Shown piece by piece: positions 41,419 to 49,588 of a stretch of 64,000 bases of DNA. The first letter of the stretch is position 1. Each line of letters begins with the position of its first letter. Below the pieces are notes generated by a model that had not been told where the DNA came from, made no database searches, and worked only from the letters and a program-made list of their open reading frames with translations. The position numbers and the translations under genes are program-made. Source of the DNA: a virus. Taxonomy: Duplodnaviria > Caudoviricetes. The DNA is taken from IMG/VR virus record IMGVR_UViG_3300025121_000013; one strand, given 5' to 3'.

Positions 41419-42342
41419 ATGAGAATTTTAGTTTTAAGCCCAAATTTAATTGGGCGTTATAATTGGGGGCATCAGAGATTTAGAAATGATATAGCTAAAT
41501 TTCATGATGTAGTTTTTTATGGTTCAGGGTTTCCAAACTTTGATCCAAAAAAAAGAGTTATGGATGTTATAAACGAATATGGTAATAATTTTGATTTTGT
41601 TTTTACATGTGGCTTAAGATATACTTTAGAATTTAATGGATTGGAAGATGTTAAACATATTCCAAAGGTTCATTTTGTTGTTGATTATTTTCCAAAACAT
41701 CCTTCTGGTTATAAAGGAAGTTGGCCAAGACAACATGAATTTATGAAAAAAAATAAATTTGATTTATTTTTTGTTAGACAATATAGACAGGTTGAAGATC
41801 TTAAGAAAAATGGAATAAATGTTCCATCTTATTTTTTACCATTTTCTTCTGATATGGAAGTTTATAAAAGACTTGGGTTAGAAAAAGTTTTTGACGTAAT
41901 TACAAGTTCGACACAAAGATCAGATGTTTATCCTAATAGATCTAAAATAAATAAAATGCTTTCTAAAACAAAATTAAAAGTTTATATGAGAAGGGTCACT
42001 CATCAAGCATATATTAACGCAATAAATCGCTCAAGTATTGCTGTGATCTCAAATAATATATTTGGCTCATTTAATATGAAATATAGTGAGTTTCTTGGAT
42101 GTGGAACTTTTGTTTTAGCAGACCGTCCCCCCGATCTAGAAAGAATTGGGTTAGAGGACGGCAAACACTTGGTTATATATTCTGATTTAATTGATTTAAG
42201 AAATAAAATTTTTTATTATTTAGAACATGAAAAAGAGAGAACTAAAATAGCCAAAGAAGGAAATAAATTTGCACAACAATATTTAAGTAATGATTATAGG
42301 ATAAAAGAAATGACTAAGATTATAAAAAAGGAGCTTTTCTAA
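41419..42342 (+). CDS. GT-B glycosyltransferase (CgeB/Glyco_trans_1_2-like)
   Basis: MKYSEFLGCG.F.L, EDGKHLV.Y...DL..KI.YYL....ER..IA..G. Confidence 0.8.
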   Translation: MRILVLSPNLIGRYNWGHQRFRNDIAKFHDVVFYGSGFPNFDPKKRVMDVINEYGNNFDFVFTCGLRYTLEFNGLEDVKHIPKVHFVVDYFPKHPSGYKGSWPRQHEFMKKNKFDLFFVRQYRQVEDLKKNGINVPSYFLPFSSDMEVYKRLGLEKVFDVITSSTQRSDVYPNRSKINKMLSKTKLKVYMRRVTHQAYINAINRSSIAVISNNIFGSFNMKYSEFLGCGTFVLADRPPDLERIGLEDGKHLVIYSDLIDLRNKIFYYLEHEKERTKIAKEGNKFAQQYLSNDYRIKEMTKIIKKELF

Positions 42343-42345
42343 AAA

Positions 42346-42933
42346 ATGAAAAAAGAGATGCCTCCAGAATATTATGATAAGGTATATAAAAATCCTAAGC
42401 ATTTAAAAAATATTGAAGAAAGTGGATATTATGAATTGTATAAAAAAGCTGTTGACTCTATTCCAACAATTTGTTCAGAACGAATAATTTTAGATGTTGG
42501 TTGTGGCACTGGAAAAATAGCAAGTCTAATAAAGAAAAAAGGATTTAAGAAATACACAGGAATTGATTTCTCTAAAACTGCAATTAACATAGCTAAAAAA
42601 ATGTATCCAGAATTTAATTTTGAGAACATAGATCTTTTTGAATTTCATAAAAAGAATGGTTTTGAAAATTATAACACTTTCATTTTATTGGAAACATTAG
42701 AACACATTCAAGATGACATAAAGGTATTAAGTCTAATTCCAAAAAATTCTGTCATAATTATTTCAGTTCCTAATTCTAATTTTGAATCTCATGTTAGATT
42801 TTTTAAAACAATTGAAGAAGTTCTAGATCGTTATAAAAATATTTTTGATAATAGATATATTCAAAGATACACAATAGAAAATCCAAAAAAGCCAGGAAAA
42901 AAAATCTTTTTAATTTCTGGATTTAAAAGTTAG
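42346..42933 (+). CDS. Class I SAM-dependent methyltransferase
   Basis: ILDVGCGTG, GIDFS..AI, ETLEHI.DD, IISVPN. Confidence 0.9.
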   Translation: MKKEMPPEYYDKVYKNPKHLKNIEESGYYELYKKAVDSIPTICSERIILDVGCGTGKIASLIKKKGFKKYTGIDFSKTAINIAKKMYPEFNFENIDLFEFHKKNGFENYNTFILLETLEHIQDDIKVLSLIPKNSVIIISVPNSNFESHVRFFKTIEEVLDRYKNIFDNRYIQRYTIENPKKPGKKIFLISGFKS

Positions 42934-42945
42934 GAAAACTTAAAA

Positions 42946-43632
42946 ATGTCATATCCCGAACATCCAGATACAATAATTATTAAAAATAAATATTATCCAA
43001 AAGGTTTAACTGAGATAGATATTTGGAATTATTATCAAAAAGAAAAAGTGAACTTATTACAAGAATTAAGTAGACATAGGGCTATGATTTTTTTAGCTAC
43101 AAATGAAAATGAATTTATAGTTAAGAGAAAATTGAATAATGATTATATAAAATTTTCATCTTCGAATTATGATAAAATTATGTCTGGAAGAACCGTCTCA
43201 ATTCATACGACTATGGAAACACATGAGAATTTTTGCATTGTCGATATTGACACCGAAAATTGGACAATGGCAAAATACGCAGCGATAAAAACATATGAAA
43301 CATTAACAGATGCGTCATTTTTTCAAAAGGTTGAAATTAGGTACACAGGAAAAAATAGTTTTCATTTAGTTGGATATTTAGCAAGAAAAATAAATATCGA
43401 TTCATCAAGATATTTATTAGAACATTATTTGAAAAATAGTGATTTAAAAAAAGAATTTACAATAAGTCATAAAAGAACAAAAGATATTGTAAATTTAGAT
43501 CTATGGGCATCAAATAAATATAATGGAAATTTTATAACTTTAAATAGTTTATCTGTTTGGGGTTTAAAATGTATGAGAGTTGAATATAATGAAATTAAAA
43601 ACTTTGAACCCATGAAGGCCACAATAAAATGA
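42946..43632 (+). CDS. LigD polymerase-domain-like AEP primase-polymerase, standalone
   Basis: HPD..I....YP.G.T..D...YY N-terminus; VDID, TGKNSFH, LD...NK..G. Confidence 0.7.
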   Translation: MSYPEHPDTIIIKNKYYPKGLTEIDIWNYYQKEKVNLLQELSRHRAMIFLATNENEFIVKRKLNNDYIKFSSSNYDKIMSGRTVSIHTTMETHENFCIVDIDTENWTMAKYAAIKTYETLTDASFFQKVEIRYTGKNSFHLVGYLARKINIDSSRYLLEHYLKNSDLKKEFTISHKRTKDIVNLDLWASNKYNGNFITLNSLSVWGLKCMRVEYNEIKNFEPMKATIK

Positions 43633-44654
43633 GAAAAAAAATATTTTGGATGTTTAGAACCGATTTGAAGAATTTAGAATACTACCATAAGTATACCAAT
43701 CAATTGGATTTTTTTAGAAATTGTCATGACTTTTATTTGATGATGCCTTTTTATTTTTATCAAGAAGGAATTTTCGATGAAGTCATCATTTGGAGATTAA
43801 CTGATAAACCAAAAGAGTCTATAATTTTTGAATTTGATAATCGAAGATATATTCAAAAATGGGTTAAGTCTTTTGATGAATGTTTTAAAGAAAAAGAAAA
43901 ACCTGATATAAGTTTTTTTAGAGGAGGATTTAAATCATATTGTGAAATTACAAAAAAGAATCCTAAATTCTTTGGATTAAAATTATATCTAGGATCTTCA
44001 AAAAGAGTCAACCCTGTATATGGGGGAATTTATGACTATATTTTAGTCGAGGATAATTCTGAATTATCAAGTCCTAAACATTTACCATTTTTTAAAACAG
44101 CAAGCCCTGATGTATTTTATCCTATTAAAAATAAAGAATTAAAATACGATATTTGTTGGCCATGTAATTTTACACAAATCGGATATAAAGGACAAGAATA
44201 TTTTATTCAAAAAATTTCAAATTCAAAATATTTAAAAACATTACAAATTGTTCATTGTGGAAATAAACCAGAATTGGGAAAACAACTTTGTAAAAAATAT
44301 AACGTTAATAATATTGAATTTATTGGATCTATAGATAGAAGAACTATGAATGAATTATTGAATAAATCTAAATTAGGATTGGTTACTTCAAATAAGCAAG
44401 ATGGATGTCCAAGAGTTTTAACAGAAGTTCTTATGGCTGGAACACCTTTGCTTGTTAGAGACACAACAAGATTTCTAAATTTTTACAAAAAAATAAAAGG
44501 GGTTTTTATATTCGATGAAAATAATCTTGAAAAGATAATTTTTAAAGCCATAAAAAATTTAGATATTTTAAAACAAAATTTATCAAATGAAGTTCAAGAT
44601 GGAAATCTCAATTTTATAAAAATTTGCAAAAAAAATTTAGAATTATGGAAATAA
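43629..44654 (+). CDS. GT4-like glycosyltransferase
   Basis: KGQE.F, S..DGCPRVLTEVL.AGTP. Confidence 0.7.
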   Translation: MRKKIFWMFRTDLKNLEYYHKYTNQLDFFRNCHDFYLMMPFYFYQEGIFDEVIIWRLTDKPKESIIFEFDNRRYIQKWVKSFDECFKEKEKPDISFFRGGFKSYCEITKKNPKFFGLKLYLGSSKRVNPVYGGIYDYILVEDNSELSSPKHLPFFKTASPDVFYPIKNKELKYDICWPCNFTQIGYKGQEYFIQKISNSKYLKTLQIVHCGNKPELGKQLCKKYNVNNIEFIGSIDRRTMNELLNKSKLGLVTSNKQDGCPRVLTEVLMAGTPLLVRDTTRFLNFYKKIKGVFIFDENNLEKIIFKAIKNLDILKQNLSNEVQDGNLNFIKICKKNLELWK

Positions 44655-44667
44655 ATAAAAATGTTTA

Positions 44668-44709
44668 TTCGCCAATGGGGTCCGGTTAGACATAGACCCC
44701 ATTGGCGAA
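44668..44709. terminator. 15-bp perfect hairpin between convergent genes (bidirectional terminator candidate)
   Basis: TTCGCCAATGGGGTC / GACCCCATTGGCGAA. Confidence 0.75.
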
Positions 44710-44716
44710 AGATTTC

Positions 44717-45898
44717 TTAGTCAATAACCTCATACAAAAATGTCGTGCCTGCAATGAGTTTTCGGTTATTTGAAGTTGACTGAATAAATACCCTCCAATT
44801 TGATAGTTCAATATTTGGAAGTCTTTCAGTTATCCCTCCACTTGCCGTTTGAGGTTTAAGGCCTAAAATAAGTCGAGCTTCTTTTCCACCAAAAAATTCT
44901 CCTGTCCTTTTATCCATTAAAATGATTTCTTTGTATTGCTGTACTTTAACTGACTTTGAGAGTTCATAAAAACCTCTACCTTTTTGAAAAGGAATTCCTT
45001 GAGACGAAACAAACGTTTTTATATCAATGGTTGAATCGACAGGAATAACTTGAAATCTTCCTGAAGGAATAATTTCAAGACCTTCAGGGAGATTTTTAAA
45101 TTCTCCTGATTTTTTCGTTACCCTTCGAATATCTCTATATGATGTTCTTTTCGGTTTTTCAAAATATGGATCTTCATATTCAAAATCATACTCGGAATAA
45201 TCTTTTTCAATTGAAATTCCTCTGAGGGCATCAAATGATTTTTTAAGAGAAACTGTCATAAAACCTGATCTTTCAATTTCATCATTGAATTGATTTAATG
45301 AATTATTTTGATTATAACAGACTCCCATAATTAAATTCATAATGTCAGAAAATTGTTCAAGAGTTAAATAGAACCCTCCTGTTTTATTAGCAATTTCCAT
45401 ATAGAATGGTTTTGAGTGTCTTCGAATTCCTGGCATTGCATGAACCCCATAAACTTGAATTCCCATCTCTTTTAAAAGATCTAATTCTTTTCTCCAATCA
45501 ATTTTTTCAGTGTTCATATTATAATGTGGAGGGTGTGGAATATCATCTCCAATGATGACAATCAATTTTTTGCTTCCAGGAGTCCATGAAATTTCAGTTC
45601 TTGCCTGCCTTAGAACTTTTTCATAACATTCGGGACTGTCGCCCCCACCAGTTGGACCAATGTTCATAACAAAGTTTGTAATATTTGTCATATTGTTGCT
45701 CAGATTTAAAAATGTCGTAACATAGGTTCTATTTTTATCACAATAATCTCCATGGGCCAAGACTGAGATTCTTAAATTTGGTATGTCCTTAAAAAGTCTC
45801 TCAATACTTTGTTTAAGAACTCTTCGAACTTGTGATAGACAGGGATACATACTTCCTGTCGTATCAAAACTGAACAAAATCTCGATCAGATCGCTCAT
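44717..45898 (-). CDS. vWA (MIDAS) domain protein with an uncharacterised C-terminal domain
   Basis: FSFDTTGSM (DxTxS), GGGD.PE.Y, IGDD.PH. Confidence 0.85.
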   Translation of the reverse strand: MSDLIEILFSFDTTGSMYPCLSQVRRVLKQSIERLFKDIPNLRISVLAHGDYCDKNRTYVTTFLNLSNNMTNITNFVMNIGPTGGGDSPECYEKVLRQARTEISWTPGSKKLIVIIGDDIPHPPHYNMNTEKIDWRKELDLLKEMGIQVYGVHAMPGIRRHSKPFYMEIANKTGGFYLTLEQFSDIMNLIMGVCYNQNNSLNQFNDEIERSGFMTVSLKKSFDALRGISIEKDYSEYDFEYEDPYFEKPKRTSYRDIRRVTKKSGEFKNLPEGLEIIPSGRFQVIPVDSTIDIKTFVSSQGIPFQKGRGFYELSKSVKVQQYKEIILMDKRTGEFFGGKEARLILGLKPQTASGGITERLPNIELSNWRVFIQSTSNNRKLIAGTTFLYEVID

Positions 45899-45974
45899 GG
45901 GGTTTCCTCTGGTTCTTTTTTAGTAGTTTTTTAGAACATTTAGAATTAGATTTAAAAAAAATAAATTTTTGTGT

Positions 45975-46500
45975 TAGGGCCTGGAGCGGTGATGTGTGCA
46001 ATGCCTTCTTGCACGGTTTGGTGTTCCCGCTCCAGGCCCAACCCTTTTCTTTTTGGGCGGTGGGGTAGACCGATGCAACTCACTCGGATTTGTACCCCAC
46101 CGCCCAGGACCCTTTAGACGTCTAAAGAGCCCTTGGTGAAGGAAAGTTTTATGCGGTCTTATGGCAGAGGCCCATGTAAGTGAGTTTGCCGGCCAGCAAG
46201 GTGGTTCCCCCAAGATCTGTTAACTTGGGGGAACCCTTTCCTTCATTCTTTTAATGGGGGAAGGTTTGGATGTGGACTTACAGACTTTCCCCGTGAGGGT
46301 ATTCGCTGTCGCCTTAACATGAAGTCATCAAGATACAAGCGCCTTGACGCACTTCCCTTCCCCCATTTGCTTCGGCCGTTGGGCTCTTGGCAAGTCCAGC
46401 GGCTAATCCCAGGCTGAGGCCGTAGCCCGGGAAAAACCACACAAATTCTACTTCGCCTAATTCCTTCCGTGCCCTGCCGGCCTCCAGAAGGTTTCGGACA
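45975..46500. ncRNA. Putative large structured ncRNA A
   Basis: Perfect stems 45977-89/46027-39 (13 bp), 46054-67/46093-106 (14 bp), 46137-46/46236-45 (10 bp), 46203-14/46224-35 (12 bp), 46253-64/46356-67 (12 bp); 16-nt palindrome 46112-27; no credible CDS. Confidence 0.65.
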
Positions 46501-46510
46501 TGATAGAATT

Positions 46511-47404
46511 CTACTTCACGGCTTCCTTGATCTTGTCCTTGGCGAAGTCCTGGATCTCGTCGACGTACTTCGTTCCGCTGTCGACCGATCCATCCGCTTT
46601 GAACTTGAGGGTTTTTTCCTGAGCCGGGAAGTCAACCCAGGACTTGAAGGAAGGGGGGCCGCCGAACAGGCCGGAGAGGAGGGTTTTTTCCTCTCCGTAG
46701 ACCATGGGGCCAAACTCCGTTGTCCCAAGGGGAACCACGATTTCATTCCTGTTCTCAACTACCCACCAGGGCTTGCTGATGCCCTGGCTGATCATCCTCT
46801 TGATCAGCCAGGACATGGTTGTCTCGGGACCCAGGACCATGCCGGCAGAGGTGATTGGCGCAATCACTGCTCCCTCCACCAGATCCCGGTATATCGTCCA
46901 CGGGAAGACGACGCTGTCCTGGCCATTCTCCTTGGCCTGGAAAACGAGGCCCTTGAGGATATGGGGATTCTTCATCCCCTCCTCGTTGGTGATCACCTGC
47001 ATCCCATCGACCGTCACGAACCTGAAACCGAGGAACTCCGGATTCTTCACCTCAGCCCGGAGTTCCTCAACAACGTCCTTGGCGAGCTGGTTTTCGCCGG
47101 AGATCGCCTTCAAGGCCAGATACATGTCCTTGGCCCCGGTGAGGCTGTTTCCCACGGAGCTCGCCACGTCCTTCATGCCTTGGGAGCTGAAGCCCCCGAA
47201 GGCCGCGAAGAGAACGATCATTCCCAGGATCATGACCAGGGTGATCTTCATCGTCCGAAGGACCTTTGTGGTTGTTTTCTTGGCCACATGTTTCAGGTAT
47301 TCCTTCGCCTTCTTGTTCTCCGTACCCTTCTCTTCTCCGACTTGGCATCCATCTTCCATTGTGTCCTCGCTTTCATGTAACATTGTTTTGGGTGAATTAC
47401 ACAA
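46511..47404 (-). CDS. GC-rich membrane-anchored hypothetical protein
   Basis: One TM helix (ITLVMILGMIVLFAAFGG); G/C-ending codons produce shadow ORFs on the other strand. Confidence 0.7.
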   Translation of the reverse strand: MCNSPKTMLHESEDTMEDGCQVGEEKGTENKKAKEYLKHVAKKTTTKVLRTMKITLVMILGMIVLFAAFGGFSSQGMKDVASSVGNSLTGAKDMYLALKAISGENQLAKDVVEELRAEVKNPEFLGFRFVTVDGMQVITNEEGMKNPHILKGLVFQAKENGQDSVVFPWTIYRDLVEGAVIAPITSAGMVLGPETTMSWLIKRMISQGISKPWWVVENRNEIVVPLGTTEFGPMVYGEEKTLLSGLFGGPPSFKSWVDFPAQEKTLKFKADGSVDSGTKYVDEIQDFAKDKIKEAVK

Positions 47405-47443
47405 TGAACGCCATTCTTTATCTGGCGTTGGTAAATGAACTTC

Positions 47444-47869
47444 CTATTCGGAAAGAAGGCCTTTTTCTCGGGCCATTCTTAGAATTGCGAGTTGGTTGAT
47501 AAGTCCAGCATCTCTGAATATTTTAATATACTTAACCAAGTCTAAATATATTTCTTCATAAGGTTCAATTTCTTTTTTCATCTTTATACAGTCTTCAATC
47601 CTATGTTTTAATAAGTGCTCGAAAATTGTATATAATTTTTCCCATTTTCCCATAGTAAAAAGCTTGTTTATATTTTCGATTATTTCGGAAAAGAGATGAT
47701 TTGCAAATTCATTATGATTTTGTGCACAGAATATCATAAACAATTTATTAATTGAATCCATGGTTGCATTAGGAAATTTATTGACATCTAATAGCGCAAA
47801 TAATGCATTTCTTTGATCGACTCCCAATTGGTTTATGATATCATTCTGTTCCTTTGTCAGCTCTAACAT
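47444..47869 (-). CDS. Hypothetical protein
   Basis: 141-aa ORF with SD (AAGGAG). Confidence 0.6.
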   Translation of the reverse strand: MLELTKEQNDIINQLGVDQRNALFALLDVNKFPNATMDSINKLFMIFCAQNHNEFANHLFSEIIENINKLFTMGKWEKLYTIFEHLLKHRIEDCIKMKKEIEPYEEIYLDLVKYIKIFRDAGLINQLAILRMAREKGLLSE

Positions 47870-47880
47870 GTTCTTTCTCC

Positions 47881-48054
47881 TTAAACTATTGGAGTTTCAT
47901 TTTTATCATCATCCTTGGTTATCAATTGAAATATGAGTTCAAAGATTTTTATCAAAATCTCAAGGGAGATTTTTAAAATTAAACCTATTAACGTTACCAT
48001 TGAAGCAAATACGCTTTCAACCACAAAGGCGATTATTTTGAGACATAAATCCAT
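47881..48054 (-). CDS. 57-aa hydrophobic peptide
   Basis: Manual translation MDLCLKIIAFVVESVFASMVTLIGLILKISLEILIKIFELIFQLITKDDDKNETPIV; overlaps the upstream stop (TAATG). Confidence 0.5.
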   Translation of the reverse strand: MDLCLKIIAFVVESVFASMVTLIGLILKISLEILIKIFELIFQLITKDDDKNETPIV

Positions 48055-48302
48055 TATTGACTCAAATCTAAAACTATTTTGTTTTGATATTTAATAATTT
48101 CACAAACCATATTTGGCAAAAGCACATATAATCTAAATGTGTCCAAATGCATCACTATATCTTTTAAATCTGTTTTCAAGAATTTATCTTTTTTTCTTTT
48201 GATTCGAAATTTATCTCCAGGTTTAAGATCTTTTATTGTTATCTCTTTTACAGTACATGATGAACTGTTCATCTTTTTCTCCATGTCTGGGATTGACTCC
48301 AC
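48054..48302 (-). CDS. Small hypothetical protein
   Basis: IKDLKPGDKF motif; in cassette. Confidence 0.5.
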   Translation of the reverse strand: MESIPDMEKKMNSSSCTVKEITIKDLKPGDKFRIKRKKDKFLKTDLKDIVMHLDTFRLYVLLPNMVCEIIKYQNKIVLDLSQ

Positions 48303-48303
48303 T

Positions 48304-48339
48304 GGGGCCGGATTGATTTCCTAATACCAATCCGGCCCC
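48304..48339. promoter_or_regulatory. 12-bp intergenic hairpin (processing site or attenuator candidate)
   Basis: GGGGCCGGATTG / CAATCCGGCCCC between co-directional genes. Confidence 0.55.
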
Positions 48340-48345
48340 CTCTGC

Positions 48346-48597
48346 TTATCTGTTGTTTTCTTCCCATCTCCGGAAGGCGATCAACAGATATCCCGCGTTC
48401 CCACCGAAAGGGCAAGATTCCCATCCCTTCCAGGTTCCAATTCTTTTAAAGGTTGCACATCCCGGCGGGGATGCGTCATTACATTCAACCACCTTGGAAA
48501 AGGGAACTTGAAATCTCCCTAATCCAGCCCCTTGGAGACAGGGATTTTGAATCATTGAAGACTCCATTTGAGGGTTGATAATTACGCAAACATCCAT
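48346..48597 (-). CDS. Small hypothetical protein
   Basis: 83-aa ORF overlapping the upstream gene. Confidence 0.45.
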   Translation of the reverse strand: MDVCVIINPQMESSMIQNPCLQGAGLGRFQVPFSKVVECNDASPPGCATFKRIGTWKGWESCPFGGNAGYLLIAFRRWEENNR

Positions 48598-48830
48598 TCG
48601 AAGGGAACTGAGAGGTTTCCCTTCTTCTGATTCTTATTATACCATTTATCTGCTTCTCTCTCCGAGACCACCCTTTCCTCCATGAGGTCACCTTTTTTGT
48701 TTCTCTTGGAAAGGATGAAAGTACTGCTTTTGAGAATGAGTTCTTCAACCGTTTCCTCGGTATGAACGACAGCGATTATATCCGACATTGTTATGTCCTC
48801 TCTGAGGGTTGATATAGGAATGAAAACCAC
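48582..48830 (-). CDS. Small hypothetical protein, first gene of the cassette
   Basis: 82-aa ORF just downstream of the 14-nt motif. Confidence 0.5.
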   Translation of the reverse strand: MVFIPISTLREDITMSDIIAVVHTEETVEELILKSSTFILSKRNKKGDLMEERVVSEREADKWYNKNQKKGNLSVPFEWMFA

Positions 48831-48852
48831 ATAAACAACTCATAACTCATTT

Positions 48853-48866
48853 ATTAATATATATAG
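48853..48866 (-). promoter_or_regulatory. ATTAATATATATAG motif, copy 2
   Basis: Exact match; heads the minus-strand cassette 44717-48830. Confidence 0.6.
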
Positions 48867-48908
48867 AAAGTAAAAGAATAAATGAAAAAAAGAAGGTATT
48901 TTTAACCT

Positions 48909-48977
48909 AAAGAACAAATTAAAAATTTGAATATTTTGGTTAAGAAAAAGTTTTTTAGATAAAGAACAAATTAAAAA
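48909..48977 (+). promoter_or_regulatory. Two copies of AAAGAACAAATTAAAAA, candidate phage promoter
   Basis: 48909-48925 and 48961-48977, upstream of the queC-like gene. Confidence 0.55.
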
Positions 48978-49009
48978 ATAGTTTTCCTCAAATCGTGAAA
49001 GGCTAAAAA

Positions 49010-49588
49010 ATGGGAACTGATAGCACATGTGATCTGGTTATTTTGTATAGTGGTGGTGCGGATAGCAGACTTATGATCGAATTTGCTTTAGGTACAAAAA
49101 AGAAACCATTTGGTGTTTTAATTGATTATGGGCAAAAACATATTGAAGAATTGAAATATGCAGAATCTCATTTATCTGAAGGAAATATTCCATATAAGAT
49201 TTTGAAAGTAAATTTAGGAGAAAATATTTCTAGTGGTTTAACTGGAAATTTAGTTTCAGGAAAATATGGAAATGCTCATCCAATGCACGTTCCTGGAAGA
49301 AATACAATCTTTTTGGGTTTGGCCTTATCCGTTGCAGAAAGTATGAATATTAAGACGGTTTGGATTGGGCCGGACTTTTCAGATTATCTAAATTCTTTTC
49401 CAGATTGTTCTCAAGAATTTATTGGACGAATGAATAATGCATCTCAAATTTCTCCATCTTATCCCATCAATATTGAAGCTCCATTATTAGGAATGACTAA
49501 AGAACTAATTAAATCTCTTCTTTCAAATCAATATCAAATTAAAGAAAATACCTATTATTCTGGTTATGAACCTCCAAAGAAAGGCTAG
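49010..49588 (+). CDS. queC: QueC-like (7-cyano-7-deazaguanine synthase family) protein lacking the C-terminal Cys cluster
   Basis: LYSGGADS, IDYGQKH..EL..A, VPGRNTIFL, FPDC..EF, IEAPL. Confidence 0.8.
   Translation: MGTDSTCDLVILYSGGADSRLMIEFALGTKKKPFGVLIDYGQKHIEELKYAESHLSEGNIPYKILKVNLGENISSGLTGNLVSGKYGNAHPMHVPGRNTIFLGLALSVAESMNIKTVWIGPDFSDYLNSFPDCSQEFIGRMNNASQISPSYPINIEAPLLGMTKELIKSLLSNQYQIKENTYYSGYEPPKKG

Noticed and set aside
46054-46106. tRNA or tmRNA-like element (GGTACAAATCC on the minus strand)
   Set aside because: No cloverleaf, D-arm or CCA end; it is a simple long hairpin.
46280-46326. Group I intron-like R/S elements (ACAGACTT ... TAACATGAAGTC) in RNA A
   Set aside because: The P7-like pairing is suggestive, but there is no convincing P3/P4/P6/P8, an enclosing 12-bp stem conflicts with the core topology, and no interrupted gene flanks it. 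An Infernal scan would settle it.
45974-46440. ORFs 45974-46213 and 46243-46440 (and 56535-56813 in RNA B)
   Set aside because: They overlap dense inverted repeats, have atypical composition and lack SD sites; the regions are better explained as structured RNA.
46469-47499. Plus-strand ORFs 46469-47380, 46704-47438 and 47067-47348
   Set aside because: Antisense shadows of the GC-rich 46511-47404 gene, which has the TM helix and the cassette orientation.
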